Below, in pieces: positions 16,268 through 17,765 of a stretch of 17,765 nucleotides of DNA. The stretch is from Cyanobacteria bacterium P01_A01_bin.123 (GTDB lineage Bacteria; Cyanobacteriota; Cyanobacteriia; Phormidesmidales; Phormidesmidaceae), in the NCBI GenBank assembly GCA_039815185.1, contig JBCBZT010000092.1:1-17765 (forward strand). The letters run 5' to 3'. Numbering within the stretch: position 1 is the first letter of the stretch; each line of letters opens with the position of its first letter. The position numbers and the translations under genes are program-made. The notes below the pieces were generated by a model, which was not told the DNA's origin, searched no databases, and worked only from the letters and a program-made list of their open reading frames with translations.

Positions 16268-16295
16268 TGAATAAGTCCTCCAGCGGCAGAGATAG
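16268..16295 (+). promoter_or_regulatory. Shared bipartite upstream motif, copy 6
   Basis: TGAATAAG-tcctccagcgg-CAGAGATAG, 41 nt before ATG 16337. Both boxes are identical to copy 1 while the spacer differs. Confidence 0.65.
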
Positions 16296-16335
16296 CTCTT
16301 GACAGAAGCGAATCACTCCCCTGGAGGACTTTTTT
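16273..16335 (+). terminator. 11-bp inverted repeat with T-tract that pairs with the Shine-Dalgarno sequence (terminator or anti-SD structure)
   Basis: AAGTCCTCCAG (16273-16283) / CTGGAGGACTT (16321-16331), running into a T6 tract. The 37-nt loop is long for a classical terminator. Confidence 0.45.
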
Positions 16336-16336
16336 G

Positions 16337-17128
16337 ATGAAATCTACTTCTTTTCTCAGTAATACGCTCACCAGCGTTGGCATTGCCTTGATTTTGCCGT
16401 TGGTTGCGCCTCCCGTTGAGGCCGCTGTAGAAGTCCCTGTTGCCAGCGATCGCCGCTTCCAAGCATTAGAAACTGACATCCTGGTGCAAGCGGGTGACTA
16501 CGATCAACTTGTTCAGGCAGGCTATGATGCCTTTCGGGCGGGCAACTACGAAGAGGCCTTGCAAGCGTTTGAGCAGGCCATTCGCCTTGATGCCAATCAA
16601 GAAGCAGCATGGACGGGTAAAGGCTTGAGCCTTTATTTCACAGAGCGTTATCGCGATTCGATCGCGGCTTTCACCACCGCACTGGAACTCAATGGGGATT
16701 CTTTTCTCGCTTGGCTGTGGATGGCCAATGCTCTGGATGTCACCAATCAGCTGGACTTGGCGCTGCAGGCATATGAGCAAGACACCCAACAAGCCCGCCT
16801 TCGACAACAAGCCCGAGACGATGAGAGCATTCGCGTCGCTGTCGAAGGTAAATTTGGTCAGGCCAAACGACGGTTTGGGCTCGGACGTGTCATGGCTAAA
16901 CTCGCCCAAACCGCTGAAGCCATGATTGCCATTACCTGTTTGGTGATGAACTTGGAGAAACGGCTACGCCGTTTTGTTGTCTGGCTTTGGAGGGTGTTGA
17001 TGTGCTTACTACGTGGTTATCAGGCAGATGTGTGCTCCTTTGCAACTCAGTTAAGCGATGATTGGCGAAAACCTTCGACCATCAGCAAGGCAATACTGAC
17101 CACCTCTGGACTCCCCGATAACCCCTGA
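16337..17128 (+). pseudogene. Chimeric ORF: signal peptide + 34-aa TPRs (to about 16780) fused in frame to an IS5-family transposase C-terminus
   Basis: RBS GGAGG at 16323-16327 favours ATG 16337. TPRs GNYEEALQAFEQAIRLDANQEAAWTGKG. After YEQ the sequence switches to QQARDDESIRVAVEGKFGQAKRRFGLGRVMAKL...IAITCLVMNL. Confidence 0.8.
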
Positions 17129-17156
17129 GATTTTTATTGAGTTTTTCAGCACACCC
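16781..17156 (+). mobile_element. IS5-family insertion sequence remnant (3' end with terminal IR)
   Basis: R..VEGKFG.AKRR..L.RVMAKL DDE tail. Ends in TTTTTCAGCACACCC (reverse complement GGGTGTGCTGAAAAA) followed by TAAG. Confidence 0.8.
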
Positions 17157-17166
17157 TAAGTAGTAC

Positions 17167-17765
17167 GAGAATTTCATACTAAATCAATGTATATTTCTCT
17201 TCACCATAGTCTTTAAGGATCGAGGATTAAATAATTTATACAACTTCTGGTTGTTGAGCCATAGCCGTATAATTCCATTGAGGCAGTACTTTATCAAAAA
17301 CGATTTGAATCGTTGACTTCATTTCCTCTGTTGCCTTCTTACCCGTCTGGTACACGGTGTTAATGACCGTAGTGAAAACTTTTAATCCCGTCTTTGTGGT
17401 TGCTGTTGCCATCAGGTCTTTGACCGTTTCAACCTGGTCAAAAATAACGCCCTTACAGACCCGAGTGAGATGGGGAAACAACCGATGTTCAATGGGATTG
17501 TATTTGGACGTATAGGGCGGATAATGAGCAATGCGAATGTCGATTCCTAACTCCTGGGCTAACGCCTGGAGCGCATGTTTGAAGAGATACGACCGTGAGC
17601 TATTGCTGCCACCCCCATCACATAAGAGCAACAGCGAGGTGGCGGTGGCATAGCATTGACGCCCATAGGTTTGCCACCAGTAGCGCATCGAATCGATGGA
17701 AAACTCATGAGTATCGTGGGAGGTGCCAATTTGGATATACCCGACATTCTGGCTCAGGTCATATA
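17167..17765 (-). mobile_element. ISAzo13-family insertion sequence (right part; continues beyond the window)
   Basis: Transposase on the - strand. Probable terminal IR starting GAGAATTTCATACTAAAT at 17167 (boundary less certain than the family call). Confidence 0.75.
17236..17765 (-). CDS. ISAzo13-family transposase, C-terminal part (5'-partial)
   Basis: Frame open to the window edge: YDLSQNVGYIQIGTSHDTHEFSIDSMRYWW...LLLLCDGGGSN...HYPPYTSKYNPIEHRLF...TTKTGLKV...LPQWNY. Confidence 0.9.
   Translation of the reverse strand, partial: YDLSQNVGYIQIGTSHDTHEFSIDSMRYWWQTYGRQCYATATSLLLLCDGGGSNSSRSYLFKHALQALAQELGIDIRIAHYPPYTSKYNPIEHRLFPHLTRVCKGVIFDQVETVKDLMATATTKTGLKVFTTVINTVYQTGKKATEEMKSTIQIVFDKVLPQWNYTAMAQQPEVV

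Larger units (their letters stand above)
2714..16453. repeat. Dispersed HIP1 octamers (GCGATCGC)
   Basis: Found by eye at 2714, 3019, 3118, 6931, 7110, 7177, 8101, 8461, 8674, 10383, 15804 and 16446. HIP1 enrichment is a cyanobacterial hallmark. Confidence 0.85.

Noticed and set aside
3229..16295. Motif as integron attC or CRISPR-like repeat
   Set aside because: It is not palindromic, has no GTTRRRY/RYYYAAC cores and there is no integrase. Its position tracks downstream start codons rather than gene ends.
5426..16925. Numerous short antisense or alternate-frame ORFs inside the large genes
   Set aside because: Shadow ORFs expected from GC-rich codon usage, with no motifs or RBS support.

Overview
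Cyanobacterial accessory region (at least 12 HIP1 GCGATCGC octamers). The core (about 2557-17128, all on the + strand) is a cluster of predicted exported clan CD cysteine proteases and partners: a 5'-truncated DUF928-like gene, a PPC-PPC-TPR-CHAT gene, a stand-alone TPR gene, a TPR-CHAT gene, a Tat-signal caspase-like (C14) gene, a second TPR-CHAT gene and a TPR gene fused in frame to an IS5 transposase tail. All four proteases keep a His/Cys dyad. On the left is a damaged Tn3-family transposon (truncated tnpA, res site, resolvase fused to a pRiA4b ORF-3-like domain, 38-bp IR) that inserted into the DUF928-like gene. On the right are an IS5 remnant and an ISAzo13 element that runs off the window. 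The main unannotated signal is a bipartite motif, TGAATAAG-N11-CAGAGATAG, with identical spacing 28-58 nt upstream of all six intact gene starts (four close copies, two degenerate). It suggests a dedicated promoter/regulon, possibly for an alternative sigma factor. The CHAT genes are also GC mosaics, with low-GC TPR parts and high-GC protease parts. All family calls come from motif recognition by eye, not database searches.
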